DNA of 64,000 nt from Octopus sinensis. Its lineage: Eukaryota. The notes under the pieces are model-generated. The model saw nothing but the letters and a program-made list of their open reading frames with translations, made no database searches and was not told the DNA's origin. Of this stretch, positions 37,984 to 50,524 are shown in pieces (within the stretch, counting starts at the first letter, position 1; the number at the start of each line of letters is the position of its first letter). Where the stretch lies: assembly GCF_006345805.1 (NCBI RefSeq), contig NC_043003.1, positions 60,574,001-60,638,000 on the forward strand, written 5' to 3'. A program made the translations under genes and the position numbers.

Positions 37984-38015
37984 CATCTATCTATCTATCT
38001 ACCTCTCTGTCTCTG

Positions 38016-38071
<56 letters not shown>

Positions 38072-38090
38072 GCCATCCATCTATCTATCT
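37346..38090. repeat. (ATCT)n array with a higher-order unit CTTCCTCTCTGTCTCTGTT repeated about 6 times
   Basis: Directly visible. Confidence 0.92.
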
Positions 38091-39082
38091 GTCCCTCTCT
38101 GTTACCACCATGTTCATATATGCTGTCCTTTTCAGCCTCATGCACTCATAGCCACAAACACGATCGAAAAACGCACACACATACACATACACATACAGTG
38201 ACCACCATTCTTCATCCGCCTGCTTTCACATATTCTTTCTCTATATATATATATATAGCTCTCTACTTTCTCTCTCTCTCTCTCTCTTCTCCCTTTCTCT
38301 CCTCCCTCCCTCTCAGTACACGCGCGTGCACACGCATATGCGCGTACCTACACGCACACTGAACATTCTCTCACACACTGACGTCTCTCAGATCAACGAC
38401 ATCCTTTCTGTTATCTGTTCCTCGGCTTCCACATCTGGTCTCTTTCAGACACACTCATACATTCATATATGCGCCCACTTACGCGTACACATTACACGGT
38501 CACTAACACTGTAGTACATTATCAGCCGGCCTCTCTCTCTCTCTCTCGCTCTGCCTCTGCCTCTCTCTTTCTTTGTCTCTCTGTCTTTCTATCTCTTACT
38601 TTTTCTGTCATATCTTACCTCATAAAATCTTGTGTGTCTATGCACAAACATACATACACAGACATACATATACGTGCACAAATATAGTTACATAGGTATA
38701 AACATAAAGGAATAGACACACGTAAAAAAAAATATAGCTACATAAATGTGTGTGCGCTTGTATATATATATATAGAGAGAGAGATAATCAGATTTTTCAC
38801 TCTCTTGTAGCTTAGATCTGTGTTCACATGCATTCGATCAATCAATACCGGGTGAAATGGGCTGACTGTGAGAAGGATGAATTTTTATTTATTTGTATTT
38901 GAAGAACACCTTTTAGCCAAATTCTCATTGGTGAAGGCCGGCCAGCTGCTTGTTTTAGTTACAGCTAACCCAACTACTGCTGGCTGTGTCTTCTAGGAGC
39001 TAAAGATGTAAGGGAAAGCACTCACGTCTGAAGTAATATAAAAAGGGCTATCTACATACACTTCAATATTTATAGTATATTT

Positions 39083-39314
39083 ATTTCTTTATTACACACA
39101 AGGGGCTAAATGTAGAAGAGACAAACAAGGACAGGCAAAAATATTAAGTCGAATATATCGACCCCAGTGCGTAACTGGTACTTATTTAATCGACCCCGAA
39201 AGGATGAAAGGCAAAGTCGACCTCGATATAATTTGAACTCAGAACGTAGCGGCAGACGAAATACTGCTAAGTATTTTGCCCGGCGTGCTAACGATTCTGC
39301 CAGCCCGCCGCCCT
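39083..39314 (-). mobile_element. SINE family B, full length
   Basis: Reverse complement of 30512-30718 plus the family 3' end (AAGGGGCTAAA...). Confidence 0.9.
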
Positions 39315-39661
39315 ATTATTTATTGTATATTGACTAGGTAATGTCTGGTAGTTACACGGATTGAATTGTTTCCGAAAGCGGCAAATTGGCAATGGCCCCA
39401 AATCCCACTTCAGTGAAATCACTGGCTGATTAACACTTTTAGTATTCAGATTACTCTCTCTCAAATGTAATGCATATTAATTCATATCGTTTTGAATTAG
39501 TCTATGATCTTGTACTTCGAGATTTCACTGACGTGATTGATTATTTTTCGAATGACGTGGTTAGATGTGAAGGACAAGATTTGCCCAGGTTGAACATAAA
39601 ATAGGTTGAAGATTTGGGCCAAATATGGCCTGTTTAATGCTAAAAAGTTACTGATGTAGAC

Positions 39662-39943
39662 CAGTGGTTCTCAACCAGGGTCCATTTGATCTTTGGGGAT
39701 CCATGTGGCCCTTAGGGCTCCATTTAGCCCTTGTGGGTCCATATAAGATTTTCTAAAATTGATGCAATAAATTGGTCGTATTTCTACATTACACAAAATA
39801 TTTAAACATTTTTATACAATTTATGATAATTTTATATCGTAATAATGTAGAAGTTTTTAGGCATCAAATTGCTAGGAGAGTCTCATACCCTGACGAAAAC
39901 AGGAATCAAAGAGGTCTAGAGGCATAAAATGGTTGAGAACCAG
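39662..39943. mobile_element. hAT (Charlie/MER5-like) MITE
   Basis: TIRs CAGTGGTTCTCAACC / GGTTGAGAACCA; degenerate 8-bp flanks ATGTAGAC / ACATAGAA; internal GGGTCCAT repeats. Confidence 0.75.
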
Positions 39944-41194
39944 ACATAGAATATTTTCGTTAAGCATAAGCTATCGCTTCCTGTTCCGTTTTTTATATGC
40001 TTTTGTCATGTCACTAAACTTCGCGTTACCGAAGCACGTTCAGTTTTGCGATTTCTGAATCGCTAAACACATTGAGACAAAGAAACAAGGTTCTTTTAGT
40101 CCCTTAGACTGAATGACTGTAGAACTTTGCAGCATCAGCTCTTGAGATGTTTGCGAGAGACTCTTGTGGTTTCTCTTAACACCATCAGAGGATGTTGCAA
40201 TTGCTCTGTATACCACCGATTTAGAAAGATACGATCCTCTGATCATACATTCGCACTGCAGCGCTCTCCTTTACATCCTCATATTCACAATGTTTTGGAT
40301 ATACAAGTTACTGGTTAGTTGTTTCTAGGAGAGTGTTTCAAGTTGCGTCATGAATCTTAGAGGCCACGCTGTATATGCAACAATAAATAACCTTAAAGTT
40401 AATAGCCTTGAATAATTTTTCGTAGCTGTGCACAAGTGGGAAACGTTGTCTTACTAGTGTAAGCAAGTTCTTGGCTACATTCATGTTGTAGAATGGGTTA
40501 AACCAGATAACCTGTGGAAAAATAAGTCATATAAATGAAAATTTTTTAAAGCCACTTCTTGTTAATGCAGTGCTATAAATGTCGAAAGTACCCGCCTGAA
40601 TATAGGTAAAAAATCTTTAAAATTAAATTTGATAAAGCATATGGTTGAGCATCAGAATCCATGAGTAGATGTGTATTTTTTTGTATGTTTATATTTCTGA
40701 AGAGGTAATATTTGTTTGGGTTTAAGTTTGGTGTTGAATTTATCTATGAATTTATCTAGTGTGCTATACGTAGCCTTTGAATCGAATTCCTTAAGTGTAC
40801 TCATCGAGTTCTTTCTAGATCTATCAATAGTGTGATCGTTCTTGTTGCATGAGATTGCTAAATCATCTATTTACAGTCCAGGTAACCGAGACGATCAGTC
40901 CTTCATGTTCTGTGACATCAGTTCCCTCATAGACCTCAATGTAACTTCAAGTAAAAGGTTACGCTCCCTTCCACCCAATAAGACAAATCATCATAAAAAA
41001 CCAACTTCCCGTCGTTCATTATTATCTTGGCTTGGCATTAAGATTGCTAATGGTCTGAGGGCTGATTTGTTTGGATTTTGTTAAAATTATTTTTCAGGAG
41101 TTTAGAATATGTGACATTTAGTTGAGATATATTCTTTGTTGTGTCAGCATGTATATGGACACCTGGAGATGTTGAAAACATCTTCATTATCCAG

Positions 41195-41311
41195 GTTGCT
41201 TTGGAAGAATAAGAATAATCCTGCAACGGAATGGCGTCCTGATCAAGGGCCATGTTGTGATCTCGGTCACTCGTACGCCAAGAAAACCGGATGGCCGGCT
41301 CTATAAATCAT
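41195..41311 (+). CDS. Candidate internal coding exon (117 nt, phase 1-1), unidentified protein
   Basis: Acceptor CATCTTCATTATCCAG|G, donor CAT|GTGAGT, open frame (G)CFGRIRIILQRNGVLIKGHVVISVTRTPRKPDGRLYKS, locally raised GC; no homolog recognised. Confidence 0.35.
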
Positions 41312-41369
41312 GTGAGTCGAGATTGTAATGTCCAGAAGTTGATGATGATGATGATGATCATGATCGTGA

Positions 41370-41497
41370 TCATGATCATGGAGAGAATGAAAGGCAAAGA
41401 CTTCGGCAGGATTTGAACTCAAAACGTAAAGAGCAAGAAGAAATACCACTAAGTAATTTTGTCTGACATGTTAATGATTCTGCCTGGCCACCGCCTT
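41370..41497 (-). mobile_element. SINE family B fragment
   Basis: GAATGAAAGGCAAAGACTTCGGCAGGATTTGAACTC... Confidence 0.75.
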
Positions 41498-42240
41498 TGT
41501 GTGTTTTATTCAGAGACTTCTAAATACAAATTAAATACGGATATCTTACATGGACACAAGGCCACAAATAAGAGACGTTAATTGTATTAATCCAAATACG
41601 TTATTTTACCGTTCATATTAAAATGATAAACTTCAAACCTTCAAACGTTGCTGACTACCATCTCATCCATCTTTGAGTTAACAACAGTGAAGTATTGCTC
41701 CCCACGAAAGGCTATGTAACAGACACCAGTTTCATTATAATTAGCTTTGGGTTTCTGGTGGAAATAAACTGGAACACAGAATGGAAGGATCTACGAGTTA
41801 CGTATAAACAAAAACGTTATGCTAGATAAGGATTCGACTTTAAAAATACTAGGCACCAGGACGATATAAAGATATCTATTCGCAATCAGCAAACATTAAC
41901 GGTTCCACAAGACATTTATATTAATCTTATAAACATGTAGATGCAACAAATATTTTTAGTCCCCACATCATGAATATGATGCTTCATACTGGAACATCGA
42001 TGATTAGAAACAGTTTCCAAGACGCAGAATCAGGTTTCTATCAAGTTAGATATGGCCTGAACCAATCTTTGGTCGAAACAGATCTAAGTTAACTAAGATA
42101 TGTGTGTGTGTGTGTGTATATACATATATATATATATAATGATAATAATAATAATAATAGTAATGATAATATATAATATAAATATGCATATATACATATA
42201 TGTACATACTTAAATCTACACGTATATATATATATATATA

Positions 42241-42939
42241 ATAATTAAATAAATAAAATATATGCATACATACATATATGTACGTACCTACATCTACATG
42301 TATATATACATGCATATATATATATATATATATATGAGTACAGGACACCACAAATAAACGTAGAACTCAACGAGAAACGAAAACATAAAAACAAACTAGG
42401 AAACGGACTTTTTTTAACAACGAAAAAACAGAGTACAAGACAAACAATACAATGAATATTCCCCTTCATCAGCTGTCCCTGGTTCTACTCAATGCGTGTT
42501 TCGAAGGTAAGGACAGAACACGACCCGTCGGATCAGTCCTTCCTGAAAAAGAATTAAATAAAATTCCTTTGCAGAGGGGTAAAAACAAGGAAAGAAAAAA
42601 ATGTGACAAGAACAGGACGTAAAAGCAATACAAATAAAAATACAAATACAAATAAAAATACAAAATAAAAATACAAAACAAAAAATACAGTACACATAAA
42701 GAATAAAAACAGGACAATGAAACCGACATTGAGGGCTTTTTTTAAGCCTAGACGATGGAAAAATTCAGAGCGCAAGAAAAAGTCGTGTTGACTTGTAGAA
42801 TATTCCTTGTATTGCTTGTCTTGTACTCTGTTTTTTCGTTGTTAAAAAAAAGTCCGTTTCCTAGTTTGTTTTTATGTTTTCGTTTCTCGTTGAGTTCTAC
42901 GTTTATTTGTCGTGTCCTGTACTCATATATATATATACA

Positions 42940-43005
<66 letters not shown>

Positions 43006-43079
43006 TGTATATATACATGTAGATGTAGGTACGTACATATATGTATGTATGTATGCATATATTTTATTTATTAAATTAT
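42241..43079. mobile_element. Penelope-like element with a long inverted duplication that includes flanking microsatellite DNA
   Basis: Arm 42241-42461 is the reverse complement of 42798-43079 except a few substitutions and (TA)n length; spacer 42462-42797. Penelope assignment is inferred. Confidence 0.7.
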
Positions 43080-43149
43080 TGTATGCCTGAGCGCCCTCGC
43101 GTCGTTTCGTTTCGTTTCTTTTCTTTTAAGTTTATATATATATATGCAC

Positions 43150-43494
43150 ATTTGGGTACAGGACGTCACGAAACGTGTACAATAAAAAATACGAAGTACG
43201 ATAACATGGATTATGAACTATTTTTTCGAACGAGACAAACAAGACAAACAACACAATAAGCGACCTTTCATCAGTTGTTGGCTGTTTTTCTACTCTCGTA
43301 TTTCGATAAAACAGTTGCTCCGGCTAGCAAATTAAATAAAATTTGAGAATTTTGCGGAGGGTCGAAATTGGTAACAAAAACAGGACAGTGAAAACAAACA
43401 GGAAGGGCTGCTAAGCCTAAACGAGGTTATGGTGGCGAACACGTAAATCAAGCTTGGAAGGAGACAGACAAGAACACGTCTTCCTTGATCCAGC

Positions 43495-43500
<6 letters not shown>
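43150..43500. mobile_element. Second subfamily of the same Penelope-like non-autonomous element
   Basis: Shares ordered motifs with 42336-42760: GTACAGGAC, AAGACAAACAA, TCATCAG, TTCTACTC, AATTAAATAAAATT, AAAAACAGGACA, AAGCCTA. Confidence 0.6.
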
Positions 43501-43526
<26 letters not shown>

Positions 43527-43894
43527 TGCATCTATGTATCTATGTATATATACATGTGTATATGTGTGTATGGGCATTCGTACATACACACACACACATA
43601 CATGCCTATATATATGTGTGTGTGTGTGTGTGCGTGTATGTGGAAATTGATGCGTGACGTACAATCATATAATATAAATAATATATATTTCTCAGTGTAC
43701 ATAATAAATGAAGACTGGAGTATCTGGCATTACGTTTATTCCATTGTTTACAATTGTTTCAAGCATCATGTATATAGACATGGATGAGAACAATTATAGT
43801 CATGCGTATTATGTGATGTGCACACACAAACACACACAGAGATACGTGGCATGAAGCCCTTCATTCGAGAGATTGCACACAGCGTAGGAAAGCC

Positions 43895-44110
43895 TATGGG
43901 TGAACATTGCGAGAGCTCAAAGAAGAGAAAAGCTCGTCAGTGCTCTACCAACATGCTCAGGCAGAACATGGAGGCTCGAATAATAGCATAAAAGGTTAAA
44001 GTATTATCGAGGCATAGAACTGATACGACACTTAGGCAGATCACAGAGGCAACACACATAGGAGTAGACGGACCATGACCCGGTAGAAAACATGAATGGA
44101 ACAGTAACAC
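43895..44110 (+). pseudogene. Decayed Penelope-like GIY-YIG endonuclease C-terminal region
   Basis: With two frameshifts reads GEH/RELKEEKSSSVLYQHAQAEHGG.../VKVLSRHRTDTTLRQITEATHI...RKHEWNSN, matching the EH...S.L..H...H...LR...EA..I...N...EW pattern of Penelope endonucleases. Confidence 0.65.
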
Positions 44111-44689
44111 CCACCTCCACACCACATAACTAAAGACTGAAGGGAAGAGAAGACAGTAGAAAAAACGTAAATAATGCACAGATATATAAAGGGTAGTACA
44201 CACACAATAGACATATATGCATTTACCTGTGATACGTATAAGAAATAGAGATAGATAAATAAAAACAAAAAGAAAATATATATATATAAGTAGATAAAAT
44301 AAAAAAAGAAATCCATATAAAGAGCATGGATACAAACAAAATACGAAGCGAAGCCATACACAAACACAAAGAGATACAGGAACTGTACCAAATTTTCGGA
44401 TCTTAGGAGAGCATACCCTTCCTTAGCAGAGGATGGGGCTGAGGGGAAGGCCCAAATACAACAACACACACACACACACGTATGTATGTATGTATGTATG
44501 TATGTATGTATGTATGTATGTATGTATGTATGTATGTATGTTTGTATGTATGTATGTATGTATGTATGTATGTATGTATTAATGTATGTATGTATGTATG
44601 TATGTATATAAATTTAAAATAAATTTAAAATGAGGGTGAGAAATTAGATATTAATTTAATTAACATCGATTTCACACCAGTATATATAT

Positions 44690-44942
44690 GTACGACGAGC
44701 TTCTTTCAGTTTCCGTCCACCAAATCCACTCACAAGTCTTTGAACAGTCCAGAGCTATACTAGAAGACATTTGCTCAGGCGCAGGAGTGACTGTGTGATA
44801 AGTAGCTTGCTTACAAACCACATGGTTCCGGCTTCATTCCCACTGCGTGGCACCTTGGCCAGGTGTCTTCTACTATAGCCTCGGGCCGAGTAAAGCCTTG
44901 TGAGTGGATCTGGTAGACAGAAACTGAAAGAAGCCCGTCGTA

Positions 44943-44996
<54 letters not shown>

Positions 44997-45109
44997 ACCG
45001 TGATCACCGTGACCGACCAGGCCATCAGATGTTGTTACACATCGCTGGTCACAATGCGCTTCGCATTGTTTTAGCCTTCAAATGACGCCACCCCGCTGGC
45101 TAAGCGAGC

Positions 45110-45145
<36 letters not shown>

Positions 45146-45403
45146 ATGTGTGTGTATATGTTTGTGTGTCTGTGTTTGGGCCTCCAACCGATGGTGGTGT
45201 GTTTACGTCCCCGTAACTTAGCGGTTAGGTGAAAGAGACCGATAGAATAAGTTCTAGGGTCGATTTGTTCGACTAAAGGCGGGGCTCCAGCATGGCCGCA
45301 GTCAAATGACTGAAACAAGAAAAAGAGAGTAAAAAGAGAGAAGTGGGACTGAACCCAGAACCATGTGGCTGGAAGTAAACCTCTCACCACACAGCCACGC
45401 CCG
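44690..45403. mobile_element. SINE cluster: inverted family A head fragment (44690-44778), family A head (44783-44941 +), family D 3' fragment (44995-45108 -), family A 3' half (45150-45340 +), family A head fragment (45343-45403 -)
   Basis: Each segment matches the intact copies at 55599-55966 or 61852-62156. Confidence 0.85.
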
Positions 45404-46014
45404 TGCCACGGTGTTGTCCATTTTTTTTTACCATTCATTTTCCTTCCTTCTTTCTTCCATTTATTTATTTCGGATTTGACCACAACAATGTCGCCGTTTC
45501 TATAATTCATAAACCTCAGATTAATCCTTTAATGGGCCTATGACAGCCCTTGTCATACTTAATTAATCCTCCAAAGCCCAAACGCCACCTTTGTGCTTGC
45601 TTCATCGAAAATTTAACAGAAAATTCTGAATAAATTCGTTCGTTCCTTCACGATACATTTACAAAGTAAGTACGACGGCTATGAACAGAACATTCTCCTT
45701 CATCAAAATATTGCTTCGGTGTCAACTATCTGATAACGCTCAGTGTCATCTGATAATTCTTAATGTCACGCCATCTTTAACTCTGTTACAGCTCTCTCCT
45801 GCTAACCACCAACTCCATCTCCACCGCCGTTACCACAACCACCACCACCACCACTTCACTACCACCACCATCATTATCAACGCTGCCGTCACAACCATCA
45901 CTGCTCTCACAACTCCCACAATTATTGTCCTTATCTCCACCAGCGTCGCCATCAACGGCATCGCCGCCGTCGATGCTATCGCCCCCACCAACACCCTCAC
46001 CTACCCACACCATC

Positions 46015-46049
<35 letters not shown>

Positions 46050-46354
46050 ACCACCACCACTGTCACCAGCAGTTCTACATGTTCCAGAAACTTTACAAGT
46101 GTTGGTAACCGTTTTGGTGATTCTTCACCTTCTGACCTCTGTACATGTTGCCATATGGTCTTAGATTGAATTCTAGTTTATCTCCAACTCCTCCTGTCCC
46201 CCATCGCTACTACTAGCTCTAACACCACTAATATAGTTTCCATAATTACAGCTAATATTATTACTACAATTACCATTGTTACCATTCCACTGCTACCATT
46301 TCCATTATATACATTCATGTTAGTATCCTTACCAGCCAGCCTTTAAGGTAGAAT

Positions 46355-46470
46355 TCATAACATGCTTAGCGGCTTTTCGTTCGTCATTACGTTCTGAGTT
46401 CAAATTCTACCGAGGTCGACTTTGCCTTTCATCCTTTTGGAGTCGCTTAAATAAGTACCAGTTGAGCACA
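46355..46470 (+). mobile_element. SINE family B fragment
   Basis: ATGCTTAGCGG...GAGTTCAAATTC...AAATAAGTACCAG. Confidence 0.8.
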
Positions 46471-47002
46471 GGTCTAGTGTTCGAAATATGCCAAGTCTTT
46501 TTCAAGGTGATGAATACGTTGTATACTTTCAAACGCATTGATATATATTATGGCGTACAGTGTTATCGCTGTTGTAGTTCAGTTTTATATCAGCCCAGTT
46601 CGAGCCGACATACGCTCAAAGATATTCCACCTTTGATATCCTCATCTGTTTATTTTATTATTTTTGTGTGTGTGTGTGTGTGTGTGTGTAAATCAGTAAT
46701 TACTGCATTGATTTTGATCTCATGCACCTCAAACCAAAACAGGGGAGAGGTATCTTCATTTCAAATCAAGCAAAATTTGGATATCGCATCACCTCCCTTT
46801 GACAACATCTAATAATCTTAAAGCTTGGAAATGTATCTATAGATGAAGACTAAATGCACGAGAGAAATGCTTTCATAGAAGTTGAAAATTCTGGCTCAAG
46901 GTCACCAAGTTCAGTGGCCTAGTAAGGGGTAAGTCGATTACGTTGACCCCAGTATTCAAGGCAAAATCGGCCTCTGCGGAACAAAATTCTTGGATAATAG
47001 TC

Positions 47003-47298
47003 TAAGTCGGTTATATCGACCCCAGTGCGTAACTGGTACTTATTTAATCGACCCCGAAATGATGAAAGACAAAGTCGACCTCGGTGGAATTTGAACTCAG
47101 AACGAGCGGCAGACGAAATACCTATTTCTTTACTACCCTCAAGGGGCTAAACACAGAAAGGACAAACAAGGACAGACAAACACATTAAGTCGATTACTTC
47201 AACCCCAGTGCGTAACTGGTACTTATTTAATCGACCCCGAAAGGATGAAAGGCAAAGTCTTCGACCGGCGTGCTAACTTTTCTGCCAGCTCGCCTTCC
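47003..47298 (-). mobile_element. Two SINE family B copies, apparently nested
   Basis: The body ACCCCAGTGCGTAACTGGTACTTATTTAATCGACCCCGAAA occurs twice; the head is split at 47119 and resumes at about 47261. Confidence 0.8.
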
Positions 47299-47749
47299 TA
47301 CACTCTTGGATAATATTGCTTGACTTGTGATAATGACACACATCCAGGAAGACAGCCCAGTTCTACAGAATTTCATGAGAAAATCGTTCTGATAATACAG
47401 AGTTAATATTAGAAATCTGTTAGTCAGCAGAAGTTAATATAATGTTAATATCATATTAAAAACGTCAACAGAATTAAAGATAAAAGTAAAATCCACGTCC
47501 ATGTCGAACACAAAGAAACATTTCTATTTACTTACTCGGATTATAACAAGAGTTATACTTGTAATTATTTATTTAGTTTCTTGTTTACGTAACTAACTAT
47601 CTCAACATCAATCTTGAGAAACGGTGCATCGCGAAACCAAAAAGGACGAATTTAATAAGAAAATTACAATTGCAAGCCATTAATAGAAATGTAAGAAGAA
47701 AATATGTAAAAATTTACAAACTTTTAGCCTGCTGCATGTGTGTGTGTGT

Positions 47750-47755
47750 GTATTC

Positions 47756-47788
<33 letters not shown>

Positions 47789-47991
47789 TATGTGTATATA
47801 TACATGTATATATGTATTTTGATTTGAAAACCCACTAAGAATGGGAGCAAGCGCGCTAATCCGAATGATATGATATATATTAAAAATGTAATATATAAAT
47901 AAATATCTACAAATATGAACCATCTGATCTGATTACCCTCAATTTTTCTAATATATATACATATATATATACATATATTGTGTATATATAT

Positions 47992-48022
<31 letters not shown>

Positions 48023-48048
48023 CAATATATAAATATATACATATATAC

Positions 48049-48083
<35 letters not shown>

Positions 48084-48146
48084 CATATATTATATATATT
48101 TATACATATATATATATATATATATATGCCTGCTGCATGTGTGTGT

Positions 48147-48207
<61 letters not shown>

Positions 48208-48332
48208 TATACATACATACATATATATATATATACATATATATATATAATACATACATACATACATATATATACACATATATAATATACATACATACAT
48301 ACATACATATATATACACATATATATATATAC

Positions 48333-48364
<32 letters not shown>

Positions 48365-48700
48365 TACACATATATATATATATACATATATATATATGTA
48401 TATGTATATATGCATATATACACATATATATATATATACTATATATACATATATATGTATATATATATACATATATATATACATATATATAAATATATAC
48501 ATATATACATATATATATATGTATATATATAGTCACATGCACACACACAGAAACACACACTCACACACGGCGCGTGAAGTCAACGTGAATATGAACAACC
48601 CCACCAAAACAGGATATATTTATATATGTATATATATGTATGTATGTGTGCATGTATATATGTATGTATACATATCTCTGTGTGTTTTGTGTGTGTGTGT
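47750..48700. repeat. Very long (TA/CA/TACA)n compound microsatellite block
   Basis: Directly visible. Confidence 0.95.
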
Positions 48701-49317
48701 GTGTGTACTGTTAAAGAAAACACAAAAGTAAGCTGTACATTATCTCGCATCTTAGTAATGAGCATCATTACAAACAAATGATATTCTGTAGTAAATACAT
48801 AATTTACTCGGAATTAGAAAGAAAGAAATGATGTCTGGCAGAGAACATAAAAGTCCCGATATAGTTTCTTCAATATAAACAACAATTTATTTCTTTACAT
48901 AGTTTACTGAAATATCACAATGAATAATAACATGCTTTGTTCGAAGCTATTTTGATAAATCTGAACAAGTTAAAGCGGAGCCAAAAATCTCTCTAACTTG
49001 ATCATTTTATCGAAGACAATCTAGTTAACTTCAGCTGCCGCATACAATACAACAGTGTTTTTGCTAACATCATACCGTACCAACTCATTCGATGTAATCA
49101 CTTTAGGATCGGCATCTTGTCTTCATCTATGAATGTCTTCTCTTCTCCTCTGCTGTGCTGAATGACAGAAAAAGTGAAATAAATAAATAAATAAAATAAA
49201 TAAATAAAAAAGTGGGGCGAGAAGCATTCTTAAACGATTCTCGCGTGCCTTGTGCTTGTGTGTGTGTGTATTTCTTTTATGCGTTTCAACCGATGGGGGA
49301 CGATGTATATATAGGAG

Positions 49318-49637
49318 CACTCCGTCGGTTACGACGACGAGGGTCCCAGCTGATATGAACTACGGAACAGCTTGCTCGTGGAATTAACGTGCAAGTGGCT
49401 GAGCATGCCTCAGACACGTGTACCCTTAACGTAGTACGCAAGGAGATTCAGTGTGACATAGAGTGTGACAAGCCTGGCCCTTTGAAATACAGGTGCAACT
49501 CATTTTTGCTTACTGAATGGACTGGAGCAACGTGAAATAAAGTGTCTTGCTCAAGGACGCAACGCGTCGCCGGAAATCGAACTCACAACCTTACGATCAT
49601 GAGCCGAATGCCCTAACCACTAAGCCACGCGCCCTCA
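49318..49637 (-). mobile_element. tRNA-derived CORE-type SINE (family C-like head, different 3' body; 'family E')
   Basis: Reverse complement GGCTTAGTGGTTAGGGC...GAGTTCGATTTCC...CTTGAGCAAGACACTTTATTTCACGTTGCTCCAG, then a body unlike 53232-53559. Confidence 0.88.
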
Positions 49638-49692
49638 CTATGTGTATATATATATATATATAAATTAAAAATGAGGGTGTCTAATGAGGGTG

Positions 49693-49733
<41 letters not shown>

Positions 49734-49860
49734 GCATATATTAATTTGCATACGCGCACCCGCGCTAGGTAGTCGTTGTAGGATCGACTAGTCACGACTG
49801 GCTAGCACAGATGCGCGAGTTCGCGAGTGCGCGCACCGGGACCACTCTTCTTAAATAGTA

Positions 49861-49879
<19 letters not shown>

Positions 49880-49897
<18 letters not shown>

Positions 49898-50524
49898 GGT
49901 ATGTAGAAAAATACAACATGGACAAGAACGTATAACTCTTAGAAGACGATACAATAAACACGGACAGGACATTCGAAACCCTCAGTCTTCAGTCAAGAAC
50001 CGGATCATCGTAGTAATTTCGGTTGATTAATCTTGAGATTACTAGATCACGGCCAGCCCTCCAAGAAAAACTAAGCAATTGGGGCATTAGAAAAACTAAG
50101 CTGGGAGCGTAGATTTCCTGGAAGAAGGATCGAATGCATACGAACACCGGGACAGCAAAAGGGACGAATATAAAAGGCAAAAAACAATAATGGAATACAG
50201 AAACATGAAATACAGAAGCATTAACGGTGAAAACAACAAGTGTCTTACGACTGATAACAAGCAAACAAATTTTGTCTGGCGCATTGGAAAGGAGCCTTAT
50301 CGGCGATGCCTTGGCGGCGGACGAAAAACAACGATGTTAACACGTCGCTGGTGGGAAGCTGAGAGGCAGATTTCGGCCAGCGGTCACGTGACAGAGAAGA
50401 GAGAAAAGAAAAGAAAGAGAAGCAAAGGAAGGAAGAGAGAGAGAGAAGAGAGAGAGAGAGGAGGGACGAGCAGAATAGCTAGTTATAAAATCTCAAGGAG
50501 AGATCGAGTAGAAGTAACGTATAC
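49880..50524. mobile_element. Penelope-like non-autonomous remnant (third subfamily, tentative)
   Basis: Starts at (TA)n; A-rich body; TCTTCAG...TTTCG motif as in the 42.4 and 43.2 kb elements. Confidence 0.45.

Noticed and set aside
40842-41084. 80-aa ORF with an LRR-like ISSLIDLNVTSSKRLRSLP pattern
   Set aside because: A single repeat with no flanking LRRs; other frames on both strands look comparably protein-like.
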